NCBI GenBank assembly: GCA_951804945.1
Contig: OX638150.1
Location: 62,682,001 to 62,746,000, forward strand
Source of the DNA: Podarcis cretensis
Lineage: Eukaryota
Reading direction: 5' to 3'
Length of the DNA: 64,000 nucleotides
The notes beneath the pieces are model-generated. The model searched no databases, was not told where the DNA came from, and saw only the letters and a program-made list of their open reading frames with translations. The translations under genes were made by a program, and so were the position numbers. Positions 38,676 to 51,401 of this stretch are shown piece after piece. Each line of letters starts with the position of its first letter. Positions within the stretch are counted from its first letter, which is position 1.

Positions 38676-39553
38676 AATACTTAAATAATTATGAAGGGAA
38701 GAAGTCAGGTAGTTTTATAAACTAAACATAGTAATACCAAATGGACTTAATAAGGAAAGTGAACGGATGTCAGATTTGTAATAATCTGAGATCCAAGCTC
38801 ATTGTAATTATGTAACATGTCTTGCCACTGTTAATTTCATCATGTATTAATATTCAAATACACTAAATACATTTTAGTCTAAGTCTTTTCAGATTCCAGC
38901 ATTTCTTATGTGCTCTGTAGTGAAAAAGAAAGCCCCTTTCCTTCTCACGTAGATACCACATACATTCCCATTGCTTCTGTCTCCTGCTTCCCAAAATAAA
39001 ATGCCTTTCTGGGCAATAAAAGAAGTGGTGGCCACCACCCTACCTCTCCCTTTCCAGGCCACTGCACAAACTAGTTCAAACATCCTCCATGGCACTTTCA
39101 AGATTTCCTTCAAAGAGGAGGGGTTGCCTTCACAACCAATTAGAGTAGAAGGGGGTGGGCCTTTCCAGCTACAGGAAGTACTCTGCAATATGAAGGCCAC
39201 ACACAGGTCCCATCTTCATTCAGAGATCAGTTTGAGCGCCTTGGGAGTCACCAAGAAAATTCTTCATGGGTACCATGATTGTCTTATTTGACTACCACCA
39301 CCACATCTATTCTCCTAATTCACAAACCACTTTCTTTTCAGACTATACTAAGTATCTTTCACCACCCAGGCCTTTTTGCATAGTTCTCCCACACTACTCT
39401 AGGAAATTGTGTGCACACAAAAGTGCATAAAATTAATACACAAGTTCTAATGTGTTGAGTGAACCCAAGAGTGACAAAAAGGATAATGAAGCTAAGACAT
39501 ATATTTTCAAGGGTAAAGCACTCTCAAAAGGGAAAGAGGAATTACTGGCTTAC

Positions 39554-39636
39554 TTGCATGGAAGAATGCGGACAACATCATTCTGCTTGTAACTTTCAAT
39601 GCAAACAGCACAATGATCGAAGTCTGGATCCGTTTC
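39554..39636 (-). CDS. RNF130: RNF130 coding exon 5 (83 nt), RING-H2 first half
   Basis: ETDPDFDHCAVCIESYKQNDVVRILPCK; tttag/gtaagc. Confidence 0.96.
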
Positions 39637-40353
39637 CTAAAATGAACAAAGTGACTATTCAACCAATCTCTAGAGCAGACAGTCACAGAAATCCTGTAGT
39701 AAGACACATGACCTGGTTTTGTGCTGGGATATGTTGGCGGTATGGTGGTACCATTCACATAACAAAAACTAAAACAGAGATATCAACATTTTCAAAAGTC
39801 GGGGGTCCATGGTTTGGGGTTTGAGAAACAGGGGTTCTGCAGTACTTAGCTAATTGGGAACCACTATTCTAGAAGACTAGAGGGGACCCGCCCACCCTTT
39901 CTCATTTTTCCTCATTGTATTATAATCTTCCCTTTTCTACATATATACCAAAGAAAACGAAAAACTGCCATACGGGTAAGGTGTTGGTATTCAGCTCCCT
40001 AAGTGTCAACACTTTTATCTGTATAGGGTTTAATGTTTTACTATGTTTTTATATATGCTGGAAGCCGCCCAGAGTGGCTGGGGCAACCCAGTCAGATGGG
40101 CCGGGTACAAACAAAAAAACATTATCTACATCAGGGATGTCCAACTGGTTGACCGCGATCAACCGGTTGATTGCTGGATCCCTATCGTTGGAAGTGAAAG
40201 AACTCTCTGCCCCCCTCAACAACTTTGGCCTCCCCCCAAAAAAAAAGCTCAAAGGATTGGGATAAATCGAGGGGGGAAACAGACTTGTACAGATAAGCGT
40301 TAATACTTTTCTCCAGAAAAAATGTGACTAACATTTCATTTGCGTGACTATAC

Positions 40354-40425
40354 CTTATCCCCTTTCTTCACTGTTCTTGTTGTCAATTTACCAACAGCTT
40401 TTTTTGCCGCATCTCCAAGTCGACG
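40354..40425 (-). CDS. RNF130: RNF130 coding exon 4 (72 nt)
   Basis: [24 protein letters not shown]; ttcag/gtatag. Confidence 0.95.
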
Positions 40426-40933
40426 CTGAATAAAACACAGAGAGAGTTTTTAGGTGTTGGAAAAACTGTGCTTCTTCCTCTTAAATCTCCTTTGGTTATA
40501 TACTAAAATGGTGATTACAGCTTGTTCACTATACTCTGAAGAGTACCAGGTGCACAGTTCATGGCACTTTCAAAACTAAAGTCTCTTTGGGCCATAAACA
40601 TCAAGCTCATATTTTATGGGAATCCCTTTTAGTTGCAAGCAAGAACGTCTACGCTTAAAGTGCAGATTCACCTTCAACAATATTATCCAAGGCAATTGAG
40701 AATGGCCAGCTGCCAAGTGATTCAATAGATTTCTGAGACAGGTCACTTTGAATAGAACAAGCTCACATTTCCTTGCTTCAGTAACCAGGAGTCCCAACAG
40801 GAGGAGGATTAGGTTTATACTGTGAGGATCAAGCAATGTGTTAGCATTTTTGCTCTTTAAGCTACTGTAATTATGTTGTTATTTAGAAGACTATGCTGTT
40901 ACAGAGATGTTTCCTGATATCATCTTGTAGCTA

Positions 40934-41267
40934 CAGTGGTGCCTCGCAAGACGAAAAGAATCCGTTCCGCGATTCTCTTCGTCTAGCGGTTTTTTCGTCT
41001 TGCGAAGCAAGCCCATTGACGGCTTAGCGGATTAGCGCTATTAGCGGCTTAGCGGCTTTTAGCAGCTTATCGGCTTAGCGGATAAGCAGATAAGCGGCTT
41101 AGCGGCTTAGAAAAAGGGGGGGAAAGTCGGAAAAACTTGCAAGACATTTTCGTCTTGCGAAGCAAGCCCATAGGAAATTCGTTTTGCGAAGCGCCTCCAA
41201 AACGGAAAACCCTTTCGTCTAGCGGGTTTTTCGTCTTGCGAGGCATTCGTCTTGCGGGGCACCACTG
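40934..41267. mobile_element. Tc1/mariner (Tigger/pogo-like) MITE, same family as 6429-6751
   Basis: TIRs cagtggtgcctcgcaagacgaa / ttcgtcttgcggggcaccactg, TA on both sides. Confidence 0.9.
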
Positions 41268-42383
41268 TATTCTGGAAACACCTGAAACCAGAAATCTCCG
41301 ATTTTTTTTAATTTCTCAAGTTTGTCAATAATATGTAAAGAGAGATTCAATTTTGTGTTAATCTTTGCTAGATGTATTTCTTTGCTTTATAGGGGGATAG
41401 ATCCTGAGTGCCCTTTCAGCAAACAAAAAGGCACCTTCCATCTATGGAAAGGCTCCAGATACGATAAAGCTACCTATTAGAATGGGGAGGGGGGCCTTGC
41501 ACTAATTTCCCCTTTCCCCTTCAGCCCTTTGCAGCATCGCCCATTCTGTTCCAAAGGGTGCCCAAACCCTCCAGATCAGCCTTTCAGGGGGCACAATGGA
41601 AGGAGGAATCAGCAATCAAAAGAATCATATTTCAAAGTAACATATGGAAAGGGCCAAATCAGAGGCGATTCCAATGTTTACATTCAACTGGACGCTTAGG
41701 ATGATGACATGGAGAACATATTAATCCATTGTGCTAAATACTTTGGTCTGCTTCTGCTTGTTTGTGCCTCTGGATGTCTCCTACATTATTCAAGTATGTA
41801 TCATTTATTTTTCTCATTGTCCATCAAATATGAGAAAAATAGGAAGCTCATCAGCGCTGTAAAGTCACATAGGCTATAAAGAGAAAAGCAAAAAAGTCCC
41901 AAAATCAAGTGTTTTCAGCATACTTCCACTCCTAAACACTGCCATATAATTTCAACACATTAAAATCCAGCCAGCCCCTTGATAAGCCAATTGCAGGTCT
42001 CCTGCAACAAAAAGCTAAGTAAGACTGCCCTTTGTATGCTTCAATCAATACAGCAAACAAGCCAAACAGTCTCTTACTAATCCAATATTATATGGATGGT
42101 ACTGTGGAGAGAACCATTTACACTCCAACTCATTTTAATGCAAAGTTGCTTACAAAATTAGAAGTACACTAAAAAACAAAACAGCTGAAAGCCCAATTTA
42201 AAATAGTAAAACCAAAAGATCAACAGCAGCAGAACCTGCCCCAGTAATAAACATCACAGATTTCATTTGAAAAGGTTTTAAATATTTCAGTCAGTCTCAT
42301 AATGGGGTAATGGTCATCCCAAAATGGCAAAGAGAAGTGGGTATTGTTTATTAATTTCCATTACGTTTTCCCTAACCTAAGAC

Positions 42384-42552
42384 CAGTGGCGTAGCGTGGG
42401 TTGTCAGCACCCGGGGCAAGGCAAGTAATTTGCGCCCCCTAACCCATGGATTTGCGCCCCCTAACCCGTGGATTTGCGCCCCCTAACCCTAACCCCCAGA
42501 TGTTGCGCCCGGTGCGGCCGGCCCCCCCTGCACCCCCCACGCTACGCCACTG
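42384..42552. mobile_element. hAT-type MITE (169 bp)
   Basis: Perfect 17-bp TIR cagtggcgtagcgtggg / cccacgctacgccactg and perfect 8-bp TSD cctaagac. Confidence 0.92.
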
Positions 42553-43342
42553 CCTAAGACACAGTAAAATTTCAAAGCTGGCTGTTTTAACTACATATTT
42601 GGTTCAATAATGACCAAAAAGTTCAATAGTTCTGCTCACTCAAGGCAGCAATGTAGAATATATACTTTGCCAACTACTGGCTGTGAGTACAGACCAAGCC
42701 CAGTCTATTGCTAAATGCTTTCTTTGATTCCAGAATACATGTGAGTTGTAAAATGCATCATTGGCATATCAAAGCAAGCTTCATGATATTTAACCTTTTT
42801 TCAGAAGCAGTAGTTTACTTCCAAACTATTGTGTGAAGTCAGCAACAGACTTAAAATGCACAGTTATCCTATCACTTAGCAGCTGTTCCCCCCTTATATA
42901 AAATAGCTAAGCTTTTCCAATTGTGCTCTAGCTGTTGCTACCTCTTCATAAAATTTTAATAAGACAAGCCTTTTAAACCACATAAAAGTTTTATCAAGTT
43001 TCTCCTGACCTTTGTAAAATTCTGAAGGAAAAAGGTCTAAAGACTTTTACTTAAAGAGCAACTGTTCAGGTGTGGATTTCTGAAATCCAGAAATTGCTAA
43101 TGTATAGGATTGCTACTTTGTCCAATCAGTTGCCTATCTGTTATGCTTTTCAACTGCCAAATACAAGATAGGTAAAAAAGAGAATTGTAACATTGTCAAA
43201 AGTCTGGAATACAAAAGTAACGAAGCCGCATAAACACACAGGTTATGAAGCAGAACAGAAAGTATCTCACAACCTCCTCTTTTCTGGGTGTTTCAAGTAC
43301 AACAGGGCAAAGTGACTATGCTTATCTGATAAAAGGACGTTT

Positions 43343-43512
43343 TGGCTCCCGAATGCTGCAAACCTGGAAGTGAGTGTTCCGGTTTGCAAATGTTCTTTGG
43401 AACTCGAACATCTAATGCGGCTTCCGATTGAAGCCATGTCTTGGTTTCCAAACGTTTTGGAAGTCGAACAGACTTCCTGAATGGATTCCGTTCGACTTCC
43501 GAGGTATGACTG
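43343..43512. mobile_element. Truncated Tigger-like DNA transposon right end
   Basis: Ends ...ccgttcgacttccgaggtatgactg|ta, resembling the TIR of the other Tc1/mariner MITEs; no left TIR seen. Confidence 0.6.
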
Positions 43513-43514
43513 TA

Positions 43515-43985
43515 CAGAGCATGGGTTGGAAAACTAAGGCCCAGGGGCTGGATCCGACCCAACTGCCTTCTGGATCCAGCCCGCGGATGGTCTGGGAATC
43601 GCCGCGTGGATCGGGGTGGGGATTCTGATCATTCGGGCTGCGCCATCCCCCCCACACACACCGCAGCGGCGCCTCCTCCCTCCCTCCTCCTGGCTTCTCT
43701 CCGCCCTGCCTAGAGGAGGAAGGGGCCCGGGCTTTGTTGAGCCACGAGCACCATTTTAGCAGCCCCTCTCTGGAGCCAGCCATATCATGCCGCTCATTGT
43801 CCCTCCACTGCTGCCGCCAGCCCCTGCCACTCACAAGGCACAGGTAAGCAGCCACCTGGGCTCGTCCAGAGCTGTGGAGAAGAGAGGGGAGAGTTGGGGG
43901 GGCTTTCCCCCCAAAATATAGTCCAGCTCCCCACAAGGTCTGAAAGACAGTGGATCGGCTCCCTACAGAAACCCCCTGCAGGGGT
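43515..43985. mobile_element. GC-rich hAT-like non-autonomous element remnant
   Basis: Start ...aaactaaggcccaggggctggatccg typical of ggcccg-repeat hAT MITEs; GC-rich island in an AT-rich intron; ends approximate. Confidence 0.55.
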
Positions 43986-46097
43986 TTGCTGACCCCTGGT
44001 ACAGAGGATGGAATTCAAACTGAATGGCGAACCATTCCACTTGCACAGTGGGACTTCCCCTTCCTTTCCTCCCCTTACAACTCCCTGGAGAGTTGGGGGA
44101 CTTGCTGGAGCAGATTTTCTGTTTCTGCAAGTGTTTGCCCCATGACCTGTCATTTACCAGTACAAAACAAATTAAAGTTGTGAGGAAAGAAAATAAAGAA
44201 ATAAACCAGTGAGCAGGAAAAGGTTTGGGGATGTTGGGAAACAGAGAAATGACAGATTCTTCTCTAAACCCCATCTTAGCTTCATCTCTATTTCACAAAA
44301 GCAGTTTTTCTTTCTCTGCTGTAACTTTTCTCTAGAATGCAGAAGAGAACTTTGCTTTTAGATTCCATTCTTACAGTTTATGCTAATTTTACACTGGGAT
44401 TTTTTTCTTTATTCATACCAGTTTTCCAAATACTTTTTGTACAGCTCCCGTTAATCTTAATTACTTGTTTTGGGAAGCTTTTACTTCTCCCTTACTAGAA
44501 TTGTTCCTTGTAATTACTACACAGAACTGGCTTTTTCCTGAGCTCCAGCATTTGGACATCTTTGAATATATATATTTTTTGCTTGTTCCAAGCTGAGATA
44601 TACTTCACCTCCCCACCCTGCAAGCATCTCTCCATCATGTGGATTCTGCCAACAGGATCTCTCTGTTCTTCCCTGAACCCACAGAAACTGCTGGGTTGTA
44701 TTCAGTGAAATTTTATTCAGAGTAGACATACTGAAACGGACCTGGCTTAGTCATGTTCATCAATTTCAATGGGTCTACTCTGGGTAAAACTTAGTTGACT
44801 ACTACCCTGTTTGGATTGGTAGCTATTTGCTATATCTTCTCTTTTCTTAGTATTTAGAACAAGTGCCTATATGGCTAAAACATAGCACAGCTTTTAGGTC
44901 ATTTGGACTAGTGAATGTTTTAGAGGAACAAACAATAGAGTTGCATAACAGTTAAAAATGATTCATTTTGCATGCCATCATGATTCTTTGTAAAGTTAAT
45001 TTGAATTATGTTCCTCTGACTAAAGTTAAATATTAAACTAAAATTGCATATTCATATTCATTTTGTTTTTCCATGAAATTATTATTTTCACATACTGTTC
45101 CTTATTTCCTCAATATGTATAATGTGCTGTTAATTTCTTCTGGATATTATTAAGATTGTACCTTTCATAAGCTGAAATGTATTCACTGGCCTTCTGCTGA
45201 TGTACCGGTATTTAAAACCAATATTTTGAAACAATGTCTAGCTTCTCAGGTCCTGTTTGGGCACTACCCTTTTGTTCCACTGTGGCAAATGAGACATTAA
45301 AATGAAGTTTTTAAAGGCCTCGTTTCAAAATCCAGGCTGAGAAAAATCTTTGCCCTGCCTTGCAATAGGAAACAGTGAGCTACCGTTCAATCCAAAAAAT
45401 TATTCTTTTCCATAGCTCTGTAGACCTTTTTTTCAGAACCCCCAAATAAAGGCACACCTATATTCCCCCCAATGCAGTTTACCTACAAACATAAAGGTGA
45501 ATGAGAAATACTGAATAGTTACACACACACACACACACCATAAACAAGCAGTCACTCAACAATTTATATTAGAACAAAATCTTGTTAATAATATTTGGCA
45601 ATTTACAATGCTCCCAACTGGAGGAAAATGTCTGCATTTCAACTCCCGAATGGTTTATAGCATATTACACTGGAATTAATTCCTAAGAAATGACACACTG
45701 CATTTCAGAAAGATGTTGAAGATCTAGTCTTCCATTACTTAAGACTCTCAGACATATGAAGATTGTCCATATTTTTTAAAACCAGCACATTATGGGAGTA
45801 GTGTTTCTAGGACTAAGGTGAAACAGTGACGCTCCCTTGTTATTTTTGCTACTGGATGATTCATGTTGTTTAAGTAATCTTGTTATATTTTTGAAAAGTG
45901 GTTTTTTGTATGTTACTATATTTACTATTGGTTTCTCATGTTATTATGAAATTATTTTTGCAGTACTTGTTTGAAATGTACTCCTGGTATTATTATTATT
46001 TTGTAAGCTGCTTTGAGCATGATTTTTTGTGGAAAGTGGCATACAAATAAAATGAATGAAAATGAAGGTTACAAACAGCAGCAGTTTACTTATGTCA

Positions 46098-46309
46098 TGT
46101 TTATTTATTTATTTATTTGATTTGATTTGATTTGATTTGTATACCACCCTCAATAGATCTCAGGACAGTTCACAAAATAAAATACAGTAGAAAAACAAGT
46201 AACTACTAATTATTTTAAAAACCCAGCAAAACAAGAACACACCCCTTTCCACAGACACATTTAAAAGGCTATAGAATATTGATAAGCCAAAGGCCTGGCT
46301 GAAGAGGAA
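46098..46309 (-). mobile_element. L2-like 3' tail fragment
   Basis: (TTTA)n/(TTTGA)n then ataccaccctcaatagatctcaggacagttcac, same tail type as 11454-11548. Confidence 0.55.
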
Positions 46310-47076
46310 TGTTGCTCAAGAGATTTCTGGAATCCAGAGGAAACTTAAATAGCTTAGTTTACAAACTAAAACTAGAGGTAGTGATTGTGTTCACCAACAG
46401 AGAGAGCAAAGTAATTCTTGAAGGCTGCCCTCAGTGATATTAGAACCAAGCAACTTAGTTTGGCTAACCCCAACACTGTAACGTAATTCTCATTAACTGA
46501 ATTCCACCTGCCTGGGATAACACTTATGACCATTCCCAGTGATACCTGTGTGTCATAACCTGGGACCCAGGTGAATGTCATGACCTAAGGCAGATGTCAA
46601 GACCCTCAAGCAAGCACAGCACAGCACAGCACAGCACAGCACAGCACAGCACAGCACAGCACAGCACAGCACAGCACAGCATGCACTTATGCTCAAATCC
46701 TCTGTCACTATGTTTACACAACTGACCACAGCCTGCTAAGTGCCGAGTCTGCATAAACAGGTTCTCACAGGCACAACCACAACTTGCTGCCAAGCTACCG
46801 TACATGGAGATAAGAGCATATTTTGAACACGCATAAAGATAGCCAATTAGGATAGTTTAAGCTTTTGCCATAATTGCATATTTTTCTAAAACGCTATAAA
46901 TGCTCTGTGAACCCTGCGTTTGAGGGCCCAGTTTCTTCTGGCAGTTATCCAACTGGGTCTTTTTATTCACACTGCAGCATGCAATAAATCTGAACTCTTT
47001 CCAAGCGCTGTATTTGTCTTCTTTTGGTGAGAAGAATCTGTGTTTTTATTTGTAGGTACCTCCTTTTTAGGTAACA
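46310..47076 (+). mobile_element. Probable solo LTR (~770 bp) containing a (GCACA)n array
   Basis: TGTTGC...GTAACA ends, CCAAT ~46842, TATAAA ~46895, AATAAA ~46983 in LTR order; no clear TSD. Confidence 0.5.
46613..46681. repeat. (GCACA)n pentanucleotide microsatellite
   Basis: About 13 perfect units. Confidence 0.95.
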
Positions 47077-47535
47077 CCAGAATATGTCATTAAAAAAAAG
47101 AAGGCAAAAAGTAACAGATCAGGAAAGTAGTTCAAAACAAGTTGAACATTCACCTAAGTTTAAGGGTTTTACAGGAAATATCCCCTTTATCCCCTACTCC
47201 AGAAAGTATTACTTTTGTCTTAAAAATATATATGGGTCAACATTTAGTGCAGGCCCATTTATATTCCCTTTAATACTGTATAATTGCATATGATAAAGAC
47301 CTTCTGCAAAATACCGAAATATATTTTATCACAGTATGAAACAGCTCACATGTTGCATGTATTAACTTTATAATTTAATTACAAGGGGAAATTAATATCC
47401 CACCCTTCCATTGTAGTCATAGCACTCAGGATGGTGTATAGTAGTTAAAAGAAGTTACAAAAACATTTAATAAAAATCTATCAACACAAAAGAAAAACCC
47501 TACACATTTGAAATGAAGAATCAAAAGACAGTTAC

Positions 47536-47786
47536 CTGGTTCCGATCACGTGCACTTGTATATCTGATCTTCTGGATGAAGTAAAATATTAACCATGCTG
47601 AAGAAATTATCATCAAAACTATGAACGATATTGATACAAAGACAAGAGAACCACGGTTAAAGTTTTTGTTTGGATAGCGGGTTCCAACTGCTATTGCAAT
47701 AATGACAGACATATTTTTCTCCAAGTAATTCAGAATCTCCTTAACCTTCAATTCTGTGATCATGACAGTGACAATGTCTCCAGTTC
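47536..47786 (-). CDS. RNF130: RNF130 coding exon 3 (251 nt), end of PA domain and transmembrane helix
   Basis: [13 protein letters not shown]...[40 protein letters not shown]; atag/gtaact. Confidence 0.97.
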
Positions 47787-48118
47787 CTATCAAAAGAATA
47801 AGCAGAAGAAAACAATGAATCAACATCTGACATAACATGTATGTTTATTAAGAAGCAAATCATTTGGCTGTACATATATAAATTTAAACAAACTGTTAGG
47901 TATCAAAAAGCTGATCCCGAATTATGAAAAACAGTATGACATTAGCAGCCTCAAATTTCAGAAAATTAGGAAAGCAACATGATTTTACAAGCACTTTTTT
48001 ACATGCACATCTCTTAACCAACATCAGTTCAAAATGATTTAATTTCAAAACAACACAAATATGAACTAATCATACTGATATCTACCAAGTACAAAGCAGT
48101 GAGACAAAAAAGCACCTA

Positions 48119-48491
48119 AAGGTAAAGGTAAAGGTACCCCTGCCCGTACGGGCCAGTCTTGACAGACTCTGGGGTTGTGCGCCCATCTCACTTAAGAGGC
48201 CAGGGGCCAGCGCTGTCCGAAGACACTTCCGGGTCACGTGGCCAGCGTGACATCGCTGCTCTGGCCAGAGCCAGAGCCAGAGCCGCACACGGAAACGCCG
48301 TTTACCTTCCCGCTGGTAAGCGGTCCCTATTTATCTACTTGCACCCGGAGGTGCTTTCGAACTGCTAGGTTGGCAGGCGCTGGGACCGAGCAGCGGGAGC
48401 GCACCCCGCCGCAGGGATTCGAACCGCCGACCTTTCGATCGGCAAGTCCTAGGCACTGAGGCTTTAACCCACAGCGCCACCTGCGTCCCCT
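48119..48491 (-). mobile_element. Sauria SINE, young subfamily
   Basis: Reverse-oriented full copy; 15-bp TSD acaaaaaagcaccta (48104-48118, 48492-48506); CpGs intact. Confidence 0.95.
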
Positions 48492-50383
48492 ACAAAAAAG
48501 CACCTACATTCCTCCTAAATATAGCAGTTTAGTTCTGAGGCTAAAGGAAATTCAAAAACACTGAAAGGAATTGGCCAAGCTATACCTTCACCCTTGAGTA
48601 AATGAAAAGATAATCATATTCCTTCTTGAGTGACCTAGAAAGTAATGAATGCTCCACTGGGCCAAGTATACAGGATAATATCCAACTAAGCAACTAAGTC
48701 ATACTCAGAGTTAATCTCATGAAATTAATGGTCAACAATTTTCCACTGATATAAATGAGTGAACTCCAAACATAACCAACATTGGATATACTGTAATACA
48801 CAATCACTAGCTTAGTGATTTAGTGATGGTTTTTGGTTTTCACTCAATCCAAGAAACAGAACTGAAGGTCCCAGAGTAAAATTCAATGAAACCATCCAGC
48901 AGCAATAAAAAAAATGCAATTTTAATGGTAGAGCTTATTGGGCAAATTGAGAAAGGAAACTTAAAATAATGTTGTATATATATCTCCTGTGTACAGCATA
49001 TCTCTGCCTAACAGATACTGGGTGAAAACACTGGACAACTCTACCACACCCGATTGTGAGCTATAGAAGCATTTTCTTTGATGCTGGAGACAGAATGATG
49101 TACTCAAACAATTGGTCTGTCACAGTTCTCTTGCTGCTTATCTACTCTAATCTTAATTTTTTAACAATTGCCACAAATAACCTAGCAACTATATTTTTCT
49201 CCCTTACACAAGTCCAGGTAACAATAATTTAGAAGCCAACCATGGGAACTAATAAGTATTTGATACCTTTCTGTAGATGCTTTAATGTAGCATTCGGAGA
49301 CTATGAACTTGAATATAATGCATCTGGTCACAGGTCCATCTAGCCAGTAATGTCTATTTTATGCATTCATGCTTTTTGAGAAGCCCACAGAGTACAAAAA
49401 CAACAGCCCTCTCCCATTATTACACCACCAGCAATTGGTGTTCAGGTACATGCTGGCTCTGAATCTGAAGGTTTGCCCAGAGCTAAAAACATATCACCAG
49501 AAGCAATTAGTCTACTTGAATGTTGTCTACTACTGGACGCCAACTATTCTATATTTTACTGCATTTTGCAGTGGAAAAGCTCCTAGCATTTATTGTCTAC
49601 TCGACTACCCCTATTACATTAAGGCAGTTAAGATCAGCCAGTGAGGGGCAAACAAGCAGGTTTAGAAAGAAGCAGGCCAGGGCTGAAGGTTACAGCAAAT
49701 CCAATGGATACCTCAATGCCAGCTCCCAGGGTACAACAGGAGAGGACTAACTAAAAATTAGATTAAAAGTATATGCAACTAATACTTGGCTGAGCACGAT
49801 TTCCAGCATTAACCTATGTCTAGGAAGAATGCAACTGAAGATTTCCCTTTGTCAGAGAAATAGTATACTATCATAGTTCAACAGCGCAATATGGGCTCCA
49901 AGTCTTGTATTTTCAGATACTATGCTAATGGAAAGCTGCCATGAAGGGTTTCTATAGATCATGTATGTTTTGTAGAATATTTGAGCACAGCTAATACGCA
50001 TATGCAAATATGCGTTGGAAGGGATTGTTGCACAAACCATACTCCGTATACTTATCCTTCTTCCCATCTAGTTTCTGTTACAGGCATTAAACTAAGCACA
50101 TTATTTTCTTCTCTGTCACAAATAAAGTAGACATGGCAATATGCTATGGTCATGCAGCTAGTGGAGACTGCCAGTCTCAGCACTTTATCCAGCACTTTTA
50201 TAAATCAAAGAATGAATGACCAACTTCCACGCTTGATAATCACAAAAAAGACAAAACGCTGTTAACTATCCACCATGATGTATCTGAACATGTCTAAAAA
50301 CAAATCACAAATACCTTTAAAAAGTCTTACAACATAAGAGAAATAAGAAAAAAATGAGGAGAAAGGAATATCTTAGCTTTTAC

Positions 50384-50575
50384 CTGGATGAGTCATGGTG
50401 ACAGGCTCCTCACTTGACATATTATTGTAAATTACCACAGCTGAAGCATTATGTAAAGCTGCCCGCAGGATTTTTTGTTTAAAGGTGCAATTTCCTCGCT
50501 GCAGTAGGGCAACCCACTGCTTGTTTGTAGGAACTGGAAACCGAGTTCGTGGATCACAGCCTAAACGATCTGAAA
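50384..50575 (-). CDS. RNF130: RNF130 coding exon 2 (192 nt), PA domain core
   Basis: [64 protein letters not shown]; tttttag acceptor, gtaaaa donor; phase 1-1. Confidence 0.96.
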
Positions 50576-51030
50576 CTAAAAAAAGGAGAGAGATGTCAGT
50601 TAAAGTTTGTTGATAAAAATATCTAAAAAGCAGTTCACTGGCTAAAATTATTCTCTAGTTATGAGACCAGAACAATTTGTACAACCCAAAGCAATTTTTA
50701 AGCTAAATAATAATCTCTAAGTGTTAACCATATTTGATCATTATGATCATTACACTTAAGGATTTTTTTCAGTTCCAGAATACTTACTAGTGAATATTTT
50801 CAATACCTGGTCAGAGGAATGGCAAAACGTTAGGATAAATTTGTTCATGTACCGCTGTCATCTTAAGTTGCCCAAAATTTATGTATATATTTAGAATTTA
50901 GAATGCAGATTTGGAAGCGACTCAAAAGGCCATCTTGTCCGTCCCCTACCTGGAATATCAGAATCACAGATGGCCATCCAACCTCTATTTAAAAATCTCT
51001 AATTGCTTGGTACTCCAATTGCTTGGTATA

Positions 51031-51401
51031 GGGACACGGGTGGCGCTGTGGTCTAAACCACTGAGCCTGGGGCTTGCCGATTGGCAGGCCGGCAGTTCGA
51101 ATCCCCGCAACAGGGTGAGCGCCCGTTGCTCGGTCCCAGCTCCTGCCAACCTAGCGGTTCGAAAGCACATCAAAGTTCAAGTAGATAAATAGGTACCGCT
51201 CCAACGGGAAGGTAAATGGCATTTCCGTGTGTTGCTCTGGTTTCACCAGAAGCGGCTTAGTCATGCTGGCCACATGACCTGGAAAAACTGTCTGTGGACA
51301 GACGTCAGCTCCCTCGGCCAGTAAAGCGAGATGAGCACCGCAACCCCAGAGTTGTTTGTGACTGGATTTAACTGTCAGGGGTCCTTTACCTTTACCTTTT
51401 A
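51031..51401 (+). mobile_element. Sauria SINE, older copy
   Basis: Head gggacacgggtggcgctgtgg, (ACCTTT)n tail; near-perfect TSD ccaattgcttg(g/a)ta. Confidence 0.92.

Noticed and set aside
47787-50383. miR-340, hosted in an RNF130 intron in mammals
   Set aside because: I saw no match to the mature sequence (TTATAAAGCAATGAGACTGATT) by eye; miR-340 is considered mammal-specific
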